Source: a virus
DNA length: 64,000 nucleotides
Virus record (IMG/VR): IMGVR_UViG_3300000976_000009
Location: 45,151 to 109,150 of that record
Strand: one strand, 5' to 3'
Shown: positions 18,510 to 29,700 of the stretch, piece by piece
Layout of the letters: each line of letters begins with the position of its first letter
How positions within the stretch are numbered: the first letter of the stretch is position 1
Notes under the pieces: generated by a model
What the model saw: the letters and a program-made list of their open reading frames with translations, nothing else
Database searches by the model: none
What the model was told of the DNA's origin: nothing
Translations under genes and position numbers: made by a program

Positions 18510-19742
18510 ATGAAATTGAGAGTAGAACATACAAGATTAAGGTCACTTATTACTGAGGCGACATATCAAGATGCGTTCGCCCAAATTAAAAGGGGAGACA
18601 CATTAGTTGTTAAAAGTGGTAAACAAGTATATAAATCAGAGATTATCAGTAAGTTCAGTAATCAAGTTACTTTTGAATGGGAAGGGGAATATTACATTAT
18701 AACTGATAATTCGTACAATGGTAAAAACCTTGATACTATGAGGATGGTTATTGGAGATGATGGTAAGAAAAAAAGAACTGTTAAAGGACCAACAATTAAA
18801 GGTGTTTATAATATTATAATTAAAAGGGGTGATAAAATTGTTACTGGTGTAACACCAGATAATGGTAGACCAAAAGATAAAGAACAAGACCAAGAAAAAG
18901 CAAAATCACAATTTGAAAGAAGACGTGAGGATATATTTTCAGAATTTAATAATTTAGATACTGGTGATGTGATTGAAATTACAACTGGTAAAGTAATAAC
19001 TAAAGGTGCTGATAAAGGTTCATTAGCGAAAAATTCAATTACAACAATTAAATTAAAGTCAGAAGGTGAAATGGGTAAATGGATTAAAATGTCACCAGTT
19101 GATTTTACTGGTGCTGAGGCTTCTAAATATTCAGAATATGATAACACATATTTCTTTTTTGATATCGGTTCAATTAAAACAACAAAAGAAGGTATAATTT
19201 TAATCCCAACAACTAAAAATTTAACGACTGGTGATACTGGTAAATTACAAATAAAAAATGTATTTGGAGTTGAGAATATTGGGTCACACGTAAAAGAACC
19301 AGAATATACTGTTGCTGATATTATGAAATCACCAGCAATGAGAAATATGATGCAAAAATCACCAAGTTTACTTAATAAAATTTTAGGTAGAACTAAATCA
19401 ACTGGTATTGTACCATTAGAAAAAAAATTATCTTCTATAGGGTTAAATAGTAAACCAAAAAAAGGTAAAAGAGTTAAATATGAATTTACTGGTGCTGATA
19501 TTAGACCAGACAAGGCATTTAATTTTAAAAATGGTAAAACATATATTGGTAAATTTACTAAGCAAAATGTTATTAGAAGGACAGGTGATAACAGAAGAGA
19601 GTCGATGTATTTAACAATGGGTAATAAAAATGATGATGGAACCTATAATGTAACCGTAGATTACGTTAAAACTGTTAACAATGAGCCACAACGTGAGCAA
19701 ATTGGTAAGGGTAAAATAAAAATTATTGAATTAACAAACTAA
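18510..19742 (+). CDS. Basic hypothetical protein with LITE leader (possible head-internal protein)
   Basis: 410 aa, Lys-rich, with its own TATTTAT motif at 18489-18495. Confidence 0.6.
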   Translation: MKLRVEHTRLRSLITEATYQDAFAQIKRGDTLVVKSGKQVYKSEIISKFSNQVTFEWEGEYYIITDNSYNGKNLDTMRMVIGDDGKKKRTVKGPTIKGVYNIIIKRGDKIVTGVTPDNGRPKDKEQDQEKAKSQFERRREDIFSEFNNLDTGDVIEITTGKVITKGADKGSLAKNSITTIKLKSEGEMGKWIKMSPVDFTGAEASKYSEYDNTYFFFDIGSIKTTKEGIILIPTTKNLTTGDTGKLQIKNVFGVENIGSHVKEPEYTVADIMKSPAMRNMMQKSPSLLNKILGRTKSTGIVPLEKKLSSIGLNSKPKKGKRVKYEFTGADIRPDKAFNFKNGKTYIGKFTKQNVIRRTGDNRRESMYLTMGNKNDDGTYNVTVDYVKTVNNEPQREQIGKGKIKIIELTN

Positions 19743-19745
19743 TAA

Positions 19746-22328
19746 ATGGCAAACGAAGGTTTTAATCCAGACGACTTTAGAGAGTATGAAGAGAGGTTAG
19801 CTAAGATTTTGGAGTTACAGAATCGTGCAACTGATGGTCTTAAAGGTTATAATTCCATATTGAAAGATATTAAGGAAGTAGCTAGAAATTTGAAAACCAT
19901 CAAAGAGCAAGAAGCTAGGTTATTAAATGAAATTGAAAGTAGGGAAAAGAAAAGGCAAAGGTTAATAGCTAAAGCTGGAACTTTACAAGGTAAAAATAAG
20001 AAACTTGTTGAAGCCGAAGTAAAAGAACTTGAAAAAGAAATAGCTGCAAGAAAAGAAGGTTTAAAGTATGCCAAACAAAAGACTGCTACTTTAAAAGAAA
20101 ATGCAGCCATATTAGCTGATTCAGCTAATTCTGGTAATTTATTATCAGCATCATTCGTATCAATTGGTAGAGGTGCTGTCGGTGCACTTAAAACACTTAA
20201 AGGTATGTCAAAAGAAATGCTAAAAGAAATGAAAGCAGTTCAAATGACAGAACAAAGTATGGGTATTCTAAATAAAAATGCCGATGCATTTAGAATGAAC
20301 ATGTATAAAGCTGCTGGAACGACAAATCAATTGGGTGTTAATGCTGGTGATTTAGCAAAAATGCAAGGTGCTTATTCGGAACAAATAGGTAAAAGTGTTG
20401 TTTTAAGTGAACAAGGTTTAATTGCTATGGCTGAAATGGCTAAAGGGACTATGTTGGGAGTTGAAGGAACTGCTGAAATGGTCGCTAATTTAGAGAATTT
20501 CGGTATATCCGCAATGGGTTCACATAAAATAATGGAAGAAATGATGAATACATCTACTAAAATGGGTGTTAATTCAGTTAAAGTCACCGCTAATTTAAAG
20601 AAAAATTTACAATTAGCAAATAAATTTCACTTTAAAGATGGTGTTAAAGGTATGATGAGACTTGCCGCTAGTGCTGCTAAAGTTAGAATTAATATGGATG
20701 GTATTGCAAGTATGGCTGATAAGGTATTTAGACCAGAAGGTGCAGTAGAAATGGCTTCAAGACTTCAAACTATGGGTGGTGAATTTGCTAAATTAGCTGA
20801 CCCATTCACACTTATGTTTAAAGCTAGAAATGATTTTGAAGGTTTTACTAATGATATAATTGATGCATCAAAAGAATTTGCTAAGTTTAATAATGAAACT
20901 GGTGAATTTGAAATTTCTGGTCTTGGGTATGATAGGATTAAAGAAATTGCTGATATTACAGGTATGGCAGCATCAGATGTCGCACAAATGTCAAAAGATG
21001 CTGCTAAATTAGACCAAATTGAAATGAATATTGGTGGTGGTGTAACTGATGAACAAAATAAAGAATTCATTTCATCAATAGCTAGTTTTAATCAAGCAAC
21101 TAAAGAATATGAGGTTACTATTGGTAATCAACAAATTGGTATAAATAAATTAACTGATTCACAAGTTAGTGCTATGAGAGATGAGAAAGAATCATTAAAA
21201 GAGAGGGCTAAACAAGCACAAACATTTGATGAAACTTGGAAAAACTTACAAAATACATTTAAAACATTATTATTCCCAATACTAAATGGTTTATCAGAAG
21301 GACTTAAAGAACCATTAGCCCAATTTATGGAATGGGCTCAAGAGAGTGGTGGATTTGATAGGTTATTTGAAGCATCAAAAAAAGTTGGAAAACAAATTGG
21401 TTCTTTTTTAAAAGGTGCGACTGAATTAGCTACATCAATTTTAGAGTTTGTTGGTGATAATCCAATAACGAGTGGAATCATGGCATTAATTGGTAGTGCA
21501 GCCCTTTGGGTTGCAAGAGGTATGTCTCTTGGAATGGGCTTCAATATGACCGCATCACCTGGTGGAATGATGAGTGGAATGATGGGTGGTCGTGGTGGTG
21601 GTAGACGTGGTGGTCTAGGTGGAATGATGGGTATGGGTAACCCATTTAAATCGGCTAAAGCTGGTTATCGTGGTGCTGGAATGAAAGGAAAAGGTTTCGG
21701 TGGTAAGATGATGGGTGGAATGAAAGGTTTCGGAAAAGGTATGGGCGGAATGGGTATGGGATTACTCGGAATGGGTACTAGTATGGGGTTGGATTACCTT
21801 AGAAGTGGTATGGATGACCCAAATAGTACTGGTGGTAAAGCAATGGGTGTTGGTAGCTCAGCATTAATGGGTGCTGGTACTGGAGCAATGTTTGGACCTT
21901 GGGGGGCACTAATTGGTGGACTAATTGGTGGACTAATTGGGGCTGGTTATGGTACATTTAATGAATTCTTTACCGAAGGTGGTAAAGGCGGACCAATTGG
22001 GAGGCAGAGTGCCACACAGAGCTTTGATGATGTTATTATGCGTAGTGGACAAGCTCCGATTGGGATTAATCCAGCTGATGATATTATGTCAGTTAAAAAA
22101 GATGGACCAGTTGATAAAGCATTGGATAAGGGTAATGCATCTGGTGATATTAGGGTTTCATTTGGGAACACTATGAAGATTGAAGGTAATTTAACTTTAA
22201 ATAATGGTGATGGTTCAGCAGATATTACATTGGATGACCCAGTATTATTAAGAGATTTAAGTAGCCTTATACAACAAGAGTTAAGCAAAGCAATTAATGG
22301 AGGTAAAATGTCTCCAAATCCAGCATAA
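19746..22328 (+). CDS. Tape measure protein
   Basis: Long helical/coiled-coil, A/G/M-rich, C-terminal hydrophobic GLIG repeats; lies after the chaperones and before the baseplate genes. Confidence 0.85.
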   Translation: MANEGFNPDDFREYEERLAKILELQNRATDGLKGYNSILKDIKEVARNLKTIKEQEARLLNEIESREKKRQRLIAKAGTLQGKNKKLVEAEVKELEKEIAARKEGLKYAKQKTATLKENAAILADSANSGNLLSASFVSIGRGAVGALKTLKGMSKEMLKEMKAVQMTEQSMGILNKNADAFRMNMYKAAGTTNQLGVNAGDLAKMQGAYSEQIGKSVVLSEQGLIAMAEMAKGTMLGVEGTAEMVANLENFGISAMGSHKIMEEMMNTSTKMGVNSVKVTANLKKNLQLANKFHFKDGVKGMMRLAASAAKVRINMDGIASMADKVFRPEGAVEMASRLQTMGGEFAKLADPFTLMFKARNDFEGFTNDIIDASKEFAKFNNETGEFEISGLGYDRIKEIADITGMAASDVAQMSKDAAKLDQIEMNIGGGVTDEQNKEFISSIASFNQATKEYEVTIGNQQIGINKLTDSQVSAMRDEKESLKERAKQAQTFDETWKNLQNTFKTLLFPILNGLSEGLKEPLAQFMEWAQESGGFDRLFEASKKVGKQIGSFLKGATELATSILEFVGDNPITSGIMALIGSAALWVARGMSLGMGFNMTASPGGMMSGMMGGRGGGRRGGLGGMMGMGNPFKSAKAGYRGAGMKGKGFGGKMMGGMKGFGKGMGGMGMGLLGMGTSMGLDYLRSGMDDPNSTGGKAMGVGSSALMGAGTGAMFGPWGALIGGLIGGLIGAGYGTFNEFFTEGGKGGPIGRQSATQSFDDVIMRSGQAPIGINPADDIMSVKKDGPVDKALDKGNASGDIRVSFGNTMKIEGNLTLNNGDGSADITLDDPVLLRDLSSLIQQELSKAINGGKMSPNPA

Positions 22329-22557
22329 ACATTGGGTAATATAAAATAAATTAAAAATAAATGGGAAAAAGCTTGCATATTTAAAGTTTATTCCCTTTTT
22401 TATATATAGTTAATATGTAATATTAACCCATATATATTATTTATATTAATATACATATGGCCTATATAGTATATTATATATATTGAAATTCCCCAAACGG
22501 CTATTTATTTTCTTAGAAAACCCATTAGATTGGTATTTATATAGAAACGAAGTTATT

Positions 22558-25500
22558 ATGCCAAATGGAATCAACGATATTTCACCAGACTTAAGAGACT
22601 GGTTATTAAACAAGAACCTTATTTTAGCTGACTCAATCACTGATGGTGGTTTAGCTGGGTTAGCTGTGGGATTAGGACAAGTAGCCCAAGTGGAAACATT
22701 ACCAAATGCGGTGCAACCATCAACTAGTATTGTTGATAATGGTCAATTCTATAGAGATTTAAACCTTTTATCAAACCCATATAAATCATTAAATGGTAAT
22801 GAAGAAATTGATATTAATACAAATACAATCATTAATATTGGTAATTTACCACCAGGTTCTTTACCTCTAGGTTATCAACAAAATATAGGGTCAGATAATC
22901 CAACATCACCTTTTAATATTGAAGCTGATGAAGCTAGAGAACAAATGTTGAAAAATAAGTACTTTGATGCTGAATTTCTATATAAGGTTAATCTTAACAC
23001 AGTATTTGTTTCACCAGAATCTGATGGTGTTTATAAAATTAAGGAATCAATAATAGCTAGGACTATTGATACAGCATTAAATGCAGTTAATTTAGGTGGT
23101 GTGGCACAACAAGTTGGTGTTATCGGTGATGATACACCGTTAGGTACTATTGGTGACCAAGAACTTGTTAAACATTTCGGATATAACGCAGCATTTGGTT
23201 TAGCACAAGAAACATTAGGTCATATAAATGCAAACCCACTTAGTCTTTTACAAGGTAATGATATTTTTGTACCTAATTTTGCAATTACTGTTGCTAAGGG
23301 TGATACTGCTGGTGTTGGTGATTTCGCTTCTAGGGTATTAGGTTTTGAATTACCAGTTAGTTTATTAGACACATCTTCATCACCATTTTCTTCTGAAAAT
23401 CCAGTAGATAATATTAGAAGGGCTCAAGCTATGGTTGAGAATACTGGTAAAGGTCAAGTTTTGGCTATGATTGATAATTTAAACCAAAATAAATATAGAC
23501 CAACTATAACTGATAATAGAAAAAGAGAAAATATTACTAAGGGTGATACTGGAACTAATGGTGATTTATATGCCTTTGAAGCTGCCGAAAAAGGTCGAAT
23601 TACCGAATTATTAAATATGCCCCCACGAGATGAAAATTCAACTGAAACAGTTTCTAATGAAGAATTTGAAACAACATACGGTAAAATTACATCCGAATTA
23701 GATGGTGGTTTTAATAGTGAATTTGATGATTTAACTAATAAAGCAACGAGTTTCAATGATGTCGATGATAGGGGTAATGGTGAATGGGCAACAACTAAAT
23801 TTACTTGGACTGATGATAAAAATAAAAAAGGTGAGGAATTAGGTGTTTTCAGTAGAACTGATATGAAAAACCCTAAAAGTTTATTATATAAAACCCAAGC
23901 TCTTTTTAATTCCAATAAAACCAGAAATTTAATTACAGCACAAGGTGATATACAAATTTCACCTAGTGAAATAGAAACGGCTGTATCAGTAGGGTCTAAT
24001 ACTTTTATTTCTAAAGGTTCTGGAGTTAAATCATTATCAGCCATTGAGGGTACTGCTATAGAACCAGATGATGTGTTTTGTAGAGTATGGACAACATTTG
24101 ATAGGTACAATCAAGTTCATGATTTACAAAAGAATGATGGTTTAAATAATCAATCTGGTTTAAGACTTAAAAATAGAACTGAATCTTCATTATTAGATAG
24201 TGGTTCAAATGGATTTGTTAAGGTTGCACCATATGCTAGTGAACCAAATGTTAAAAAATTCATGTTATCATTAGAAAATTTAGCTTGGGATGGTCCATTA
24301 TTTTCTGACTTACCAGAGTGTGAGCAAGGACTTGGTGACCCAGTTACTGGAACTCGTGGTAGGTTAATGTGGTTTCCACCATATGATTTACAATTTACAG
24401 ATACCACATCAGTTAATTGGGATTCTACCAACTTTATTGGTAGAGGTGAACCAATTTACACATATAACAATACTGAAAGAACAGGTACTTTAGGATTTAA
24501 GGTTATTGTTGATTATGCCACATACATGAATGATATGAGAGTATTGAATTCTGATAATGATTTGTATAATAGTATTGCTGCTGGTTGTATTGATTTTGAT
24601 AGAGAAGTTGTTAAACAATTATCTAAGAGTGAAAAAGATAAAATTGATGTAGAAAATGCTGAAAAACCGCAAATTATTGAAGCTGAGATAACTGGTGAAG
24701 CACCAGAACCATTTAAAGTCTATTTCCCAAATGATGCAACAGCTGTACCAACAACATATGAGGATGGTATCGTAGTTGAAAATGCGGTAACGTATAGTGA
24801 TGGTATAACATTCACTGGTTGTAAACCATTTACACCAGGTAAAAGTACTGCTGGTTGTAATTGTGCACAAAAGAATAGTACTGATTTTGGATTAAATGTA
24901 CAACCACTTAAATTACCATCTGATGCAGAAATTACAGATTTCCCAACAGGTTGGCAAGGTGGTGCATATTTGATTGCTTTAGCTGAATATATCGTAAATA
25001 AAGCCCCATCAGTTAGGATATACATTGATGGTTGGGCTAGTTCGGATGGTACAGCTAGTGCAAATGCAACATTATCCCAAAGTAGGGCGAATAATGTTAA
25101 ACAAAGATTAGAATCACAATTAATTGCTGCTGGTGACCCATTGGGGGGTAGGAGATTTGGTCAACAACCAAAAGGTAAGGGTGTTGCAAATGCAACTAGT
25201 TGTAAACCAAAAACAATTAAAAGTTGTGACCCACAACCAGGTGTTCCAGATGTAGATGCTAAGTGTAAGAAGGAATCTAGGGTAACAACGATATCATTCA
25301 AAAAAGACCCAGCACTTCAACAACAAATTGATGATGCAATTAAAGTCAAAGAGAAGAGTGAAAGATTAAATGAATTATCAAGGGAAATTAAATCTAGATT
25401 TATTGATGAATGTAGTTATTTTGAAAAGATGGAGCAAGATTCACCATTTATATATGATAGGATAAGTGAAAAAATCGCCTTCTTCCACCCAGCATTTCAC

Positions 25501-26388
25501 TCTACAACACCAGAAGGATTTAACTCTAGGTTGAACTTTTTAATGCAATGTACTAGACAGGGACCAACACCTAATTCAAGTAATGACCCATCTAATTTAG
25601 CATTTGGTAAGGCACCAGTTTGTATTTTAAGATTGGGAGATTTTTATAATACTAAGATTGTTATAGATAATGTTGATTTGTCGTTTGACCCACTTGTTTG
25701 GGATTTAAACCCAGAGGGTGTTGGTGTTCAACCAATGATTGCTAACGTAATGTTATCATTTAAATTTATTGGTGGTTCTAGTCTTAGTGGTCCGATTAAT
25801 AGATTACAGAATGCTGTTTCATTTAATTATTTTGCTAATACTGAAATTTATGAAACTAGGTCTGATTATATTGAAGATGGTGAGTATAGGAATGGATTTG
25901 CCCCAACTGATGATGATGCCCTTAGAGAATTTTTAAATGAATCGGAACAAGAAGGTTTAGGCACAAATAATAATGTTCCAGTTAATAATCAATTGTCTGA
26001 GGCTGAAAGAGCAAATTCTAATGAAGAAAATCAACCAGAAGACCTTGGTAGTAAGAATTTTACTTTTGTAAATTATGAAATTGGTATTGGATTACCACCA
26101 AATAGTGAATTGGATGGAACAACTCCAGTACCAGTTAGTGTTAGATTTACTATTTCATCAGATGAAGAATTAAATAAAGATGAATACCCTTTCGATATAA
26201 TTTTAGTTGATTCAAATACTGGTGACCCAGTTAGTGGACCATTTAAGTACATTTATTCAAAAGATAATGAAACTAGTACGGCTAATTGGGTTTTACCATT
26301 AAAGGGTAACATTAATGATATAAAAAGAAATTATGGTTTAAAGGGAATTGGAATAGATGGATACCCTATGACAATAATAAGTGGATAA
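22558..26388 (+). CDS. Baseplate/tube-initiator-like protein (gp48/gp54, CIS tube-like) with inserted OmpA-like domain (likely start 22558)
   Basis: WFPPYDLQF...IGRGEPIYTYNNTERTG and PVCILRLGDFY...NVMLSFKFIG halves flank IDGWASSDG...NATLSQSRANNV. Confidence 0.65.
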   Translation: MPNGINDISPDLRDWLLNKNLILADSITDGGLAGLAVGLGQVAQVETLPNAVQPSTSIVDNGQFYRDLNLLSNPYKSLNGNEEIDINTNTIINIGNLPPGSLPLGYQQNIGSDNPTSPFNIEADEAREQMLKNKYFDAEFLYKVNLNTVFVSPESDGVYKIKESIIARTIDTALNAVNLGGVAQQVGVIGDDTPLGTIGDQELVKHFGYNAAFGLAQETLGHINANPLSLLQGNDIFVPNFAITVAKGDTAGVGDFASRVLGFELPVSLLDTSSSPFSSENPVDNIRRAQAMVENTGKGQVLAMIDNLNQNKYRPTITDNRKRENITKGDTGTNGDLYAFEAAEKGRITELLNMPPRDENSTETVSNEEFETTYGKITSELDGGFNSEFDDLTNKATSFNDVDDRGNGEWATTKFTWTDDKNKKGEELGVFSRTDMKNPKSLLYKTQALFNSNKTRNLITAQGDIQISPSEIETAVSVGSNTFISKGSGVKSLSAIEGTAIEPDDVFCRVWTTFDRYNQVHDLQKNDGLNNQSGLRLKNRTESSLLDSGSNGFVKVAPYASEPNVKKFMLSLENLAWDGPLFSDLPECEQGLGDPVTGTRGRLMWFPPYDLQFTDTTSVNWDSTNFIGRGEPIYTYNNTERTGTLGFKVIVDYATYMNDMRVLNSDNDLYNSIAAGCIDFDREVVKQLSKSEKDKIDVENAEKPQIIEAEITGEAPEPFKVYFPNDATAVPTTYEDGIVVENAVTYSDGITFTGCKPFTPGKSTAGCNCAQKNSTDFGLNVQPLKLPSDAEITDFPTGWQGGAYLIALAEYIVNKAPSVRIYIDGWASSDGTASANATLSQSRANNVKQRLESQLIAAGDPLGGRRFGQQPKGKGVANATSCKPKTIKSCDPQPGVPDVDAKCKKESRVTTISFKKDPALQQQIDDAIKVKEKSERLNELSREIKSRFIDECSYFEKMEQDSPFIYDRISEKIAFFHPAFHSTTPEGFNSRLNFLMQCTRQGPTPNSSNDPSNLAFGKAPVCILRLGDFYNTKIVIDNVDLSFDPLVWDLNPEGVGVQPMIANVMLSFKFIGGSSLSGPINRLQNAVSFNYFANTEIYETRSDYIEDGEYRNGFAPTDDDALREFLNESEQEGLGTNNNVPVNNQLSEAERANSNEENQPEDLGSKNFTFVNYEIGIGLPPNSELDGTTPVPVSVRFTISSDEELNKDEYPFDIILVDSNTGDPVSGPFKYIYSKDNETSTANWVLPLKGNINDIKRNYGLKGIGIDGYPMTIISG

Positions 26389-26399
26389 AATATTAAATA

Positions 26400-26720
26400 A
26401 TGTCAGAATATTACGATAGATACGAAAGATTTAAAGCAGATGGAACAGTAAAGCCAATACCAGGTCTTTTTGTTGATAATAAGCCATCAGATAAGAAAAT
26501 AGTTTATAAAATGGGTAGCTCAAGACTTGACAAATTGTCTCAAGAGTATTATGGTAACCCATATCATGGTTGGTTAATATTATCAGCTAATCCACAATTT
26601 GGTGGGTTAGAATTTAATATACCAGACCAAGAAGTTATAAGAGTACCATTTCCTTTCGACTCAGCATTGGAAAGGTATTTAGAGCAAGTTAATAGACACA
26701 TAGCATTATATGGGGAATAG
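26400..26720 (+). CDS. LysM-like baseplate wedge protein (gp53/tail X-like)
   Basis: RLDKLSQEYYGNPYHGWLILSANP motif. Confidence 0.8.
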   Translation: MSEYYDRYERFKADGTVKPIPGLFVDNKPSDKKIVYKMGSSRLDKLSQEYYGNPYHGWLILSANPQFGGLEFNIPDQEVIRVPFPFDSALERYLEQVNRHIALYGE

Positions 26721-29700
26721 AAAATCAAATATTAATCCAGCTAGTTACGAAGGTGGTAAAGTGATATTAGTAGACCCAAACCCAGAAAATAGGGAAATAG
26801 TTACACCAGAGGATTTAAGTATCTCTGTTAAATTGAGAACAATAAAAAGGGAGAGGTCATCAATAGTTGTAGATTCATCTACTGATGCGAGTATTGCTAC
26901 AGTTAAAACTGGTGATAATGGTGGTGTAATTAATTTTATTGGTGGTAGTAAAACTGGTGATGATAGGTCATTGACCACACACTATACTGAATTAAATACT
27001 GATTTCAATAAGACCAATGGTGATTTAGAGACCCTTGGAATTACTGGAATTAAAATCGATTTTAATTCCTCATATGCACCATTAATCACAATTAACTTTA
27101 CTGATATTAGGGGTAAATTATTTGAGATGGGTAATGATTCACCTTATAGTGTATTTTTCAATCTTCCATACCCAATATTTGAATTAACAATTAAAGGTTA
27201 TTATGGTAAGGCAGTGACATATTGCTTACATTTAACTAAATTTAATGGTAAATTAAATGATAAGACTGGTAACTATGAAATATCTACACAATTTGTTGGT
27301 TATACTTTCGCATTCTTAGCGGATATGTTAATGGGTTATCTTAGGGCCGTACCATATACACCATGTGGTTTAGACCAAATTGAAAAGAAGAATCTTGAAA
27401 CGGTAACAACCGCTAATGGTGTATATACTAATACATTTTTTACTTTTGATGAATTACAAGATGGGATTCTAAATTTGAATATTGAATTACTTAAATTAAA
27501 ACACGATGACCCAAAAATAGCTGCATTAGCTTTGGCTGAAAATACTATAGTTTCTCTAGAAACATTAAAAGAAACAATTCGTGATTTATTAAATAATGTA
27601 ACTAAAGATACTAAAATAATTAGGACATATGGTAATTTTGTCATTTCAGCTAAGAAACCAAGTGGTACAACAACACAAAAAGTCACTAATGCTGAAAATG
27701 CGTTTAATAGAACTATTAAACTTAGAATTAGTGAAATTAATGATACACTAACTACAAAATACCAATTAAACGAAAACACTTATAAAATTATTAATAATCA
27801 AACTAAGTTTAATAGGGTGAAGCAAAGTGATTTTGGTAGTAATGAATATGATGCCTATATCTTACTAATGGAGGAAGCACAAAATGTTGAAAGACAGATT
27901 CCAAAATTAATGGATGAAAAAGAGGAAGGTGCTGATGAATATGACAAATTTAAAGATTTTGTTAAGGCAACACCCGAAACTAATGATGAATTTGTTATCT
28001 ATGATATGTCTAGAGCACTTGATGATTTAACAGAAAAAATCACCTCATTAAAAAACGATACATCTGCAACTAAGGAAGAAGTAGCGGATGAATTTGGTGA
28101 AGTAATAGCAGACACATTAGGTAAAACAGACGAATATGGGGACCCAATACTACCATTTGAACCAACTGTTTTAAATTTCTTTAAAATATTATCTGACCAT
28201 GTTGATATTTTTATGACATGTCTTAGAGATTTAGCTAGTAGTATTGAACTGGACCCGAATAAGAGAAAAAAAGATTTAGAAAAAGTTGTTGGTGGATTAG
28301 ATATTGTTAAAGGTGATACTAATATTGAAAACCTAAAGCCGTGGCCAGATTATAAAGAAAAGGATGATAAAGTTAATGGATATGTAGATAAGTGGATTGG
28401 CAATAAAGCACCAACAATGCCAGAGGTGCAATTTGTTGAAGATATGTTATCTGGTTTACTTAAGGCTAAGCAACGAGATAATGAATTTTTAAATAAATTA
28501 GATTTAGGATTCCCAAATTGGTATCCAGTAAATCCCTTTGATACCTCATTATTTACATCATTTGAGAATCCTTGGAAATCGGTTGAGGATAAGGATGATG
28601 CTGAGGTTATTAGACTTATGTTACTTAGAGGTATCACATTTATTGGTTTCTCACATAGGGGTGGATTAACTGATAAAGAGATTAGGGCTATGGCTAGAAT
28701 TGAAGCTAATAATGCCTATACAAGTATTAAGAATCAAGAAATTAAAGATTCCATTAGATATTATAATGAAAAAAATGATGTTCGTGATATTGTTGATGAA
28801 GTTGTTAACGAAGCATTGTTTGGTAAAACTGAGTGGAAAAATTATGCTAAGGCATTAAATGGTAATTCAATTTTAAATAAGGAGTACACTACGTATACCC
28901 CACAAGTTGCTGGTTTTAATGTCGATATATCTTTATTTGGTTACCAAATAGCTGGTGGTACACAAACAATTAGATTCCATGAATATATTTATGTACCATC
29001 ATTTGAATCTTATACGACAGTTGATGCCGCAGTACAAGCACAAGAAGATGCTAAGATATTTGAACCAATATGGGATAAAGATGAAATTGCACAATTTATC
29101 CCATTATATAACCCAAATAATGATAATAGATTATATGGGGGTGGTTATCTTGCGGTTAAAAGTTCTGAGGATGCATATTGGGGTGACCAATCTGATAATA
29201 ATACATTGGTAACTAACGCTGAACGTATAAAGCTTAGGGATGATGAAGGTGCAATATTTTTCAGTAATTACCTAGGTGGTAATGGTGGTGGTACTGATGG
29301 TAGAGAGGATGATGGTTCAACTTGGTTCGAAATATTAGATGGATTTGGTAATGATAGTGATTACTATCGTCAACCAGATTTAAATTTCCCAAGCTATGGT
29401 GATAGGATATTAGAAGAAGAAGGGTTATCAAGGTCACCAGTAGCAACACTTGAAAACTCATATGGTTTTTTATGGAATTCTGATAATGTATCGGAAAATA
29501 CATCTGTTTTTGGTGGTTTACATAAAACTCACGAATTTATTAATGCAAAAGTTGATGGTGAATATATGGTTGCTGGTCAAACTGATATACCAGCAGCATT
29601 GATGTTTTATACAAACACCACTTCTGGTAGACCAATATTTACTGGTTCAAGAACATTAGGTGTTGGTGGTGTTAAAGTTGCATATAGTCAATATGATATA

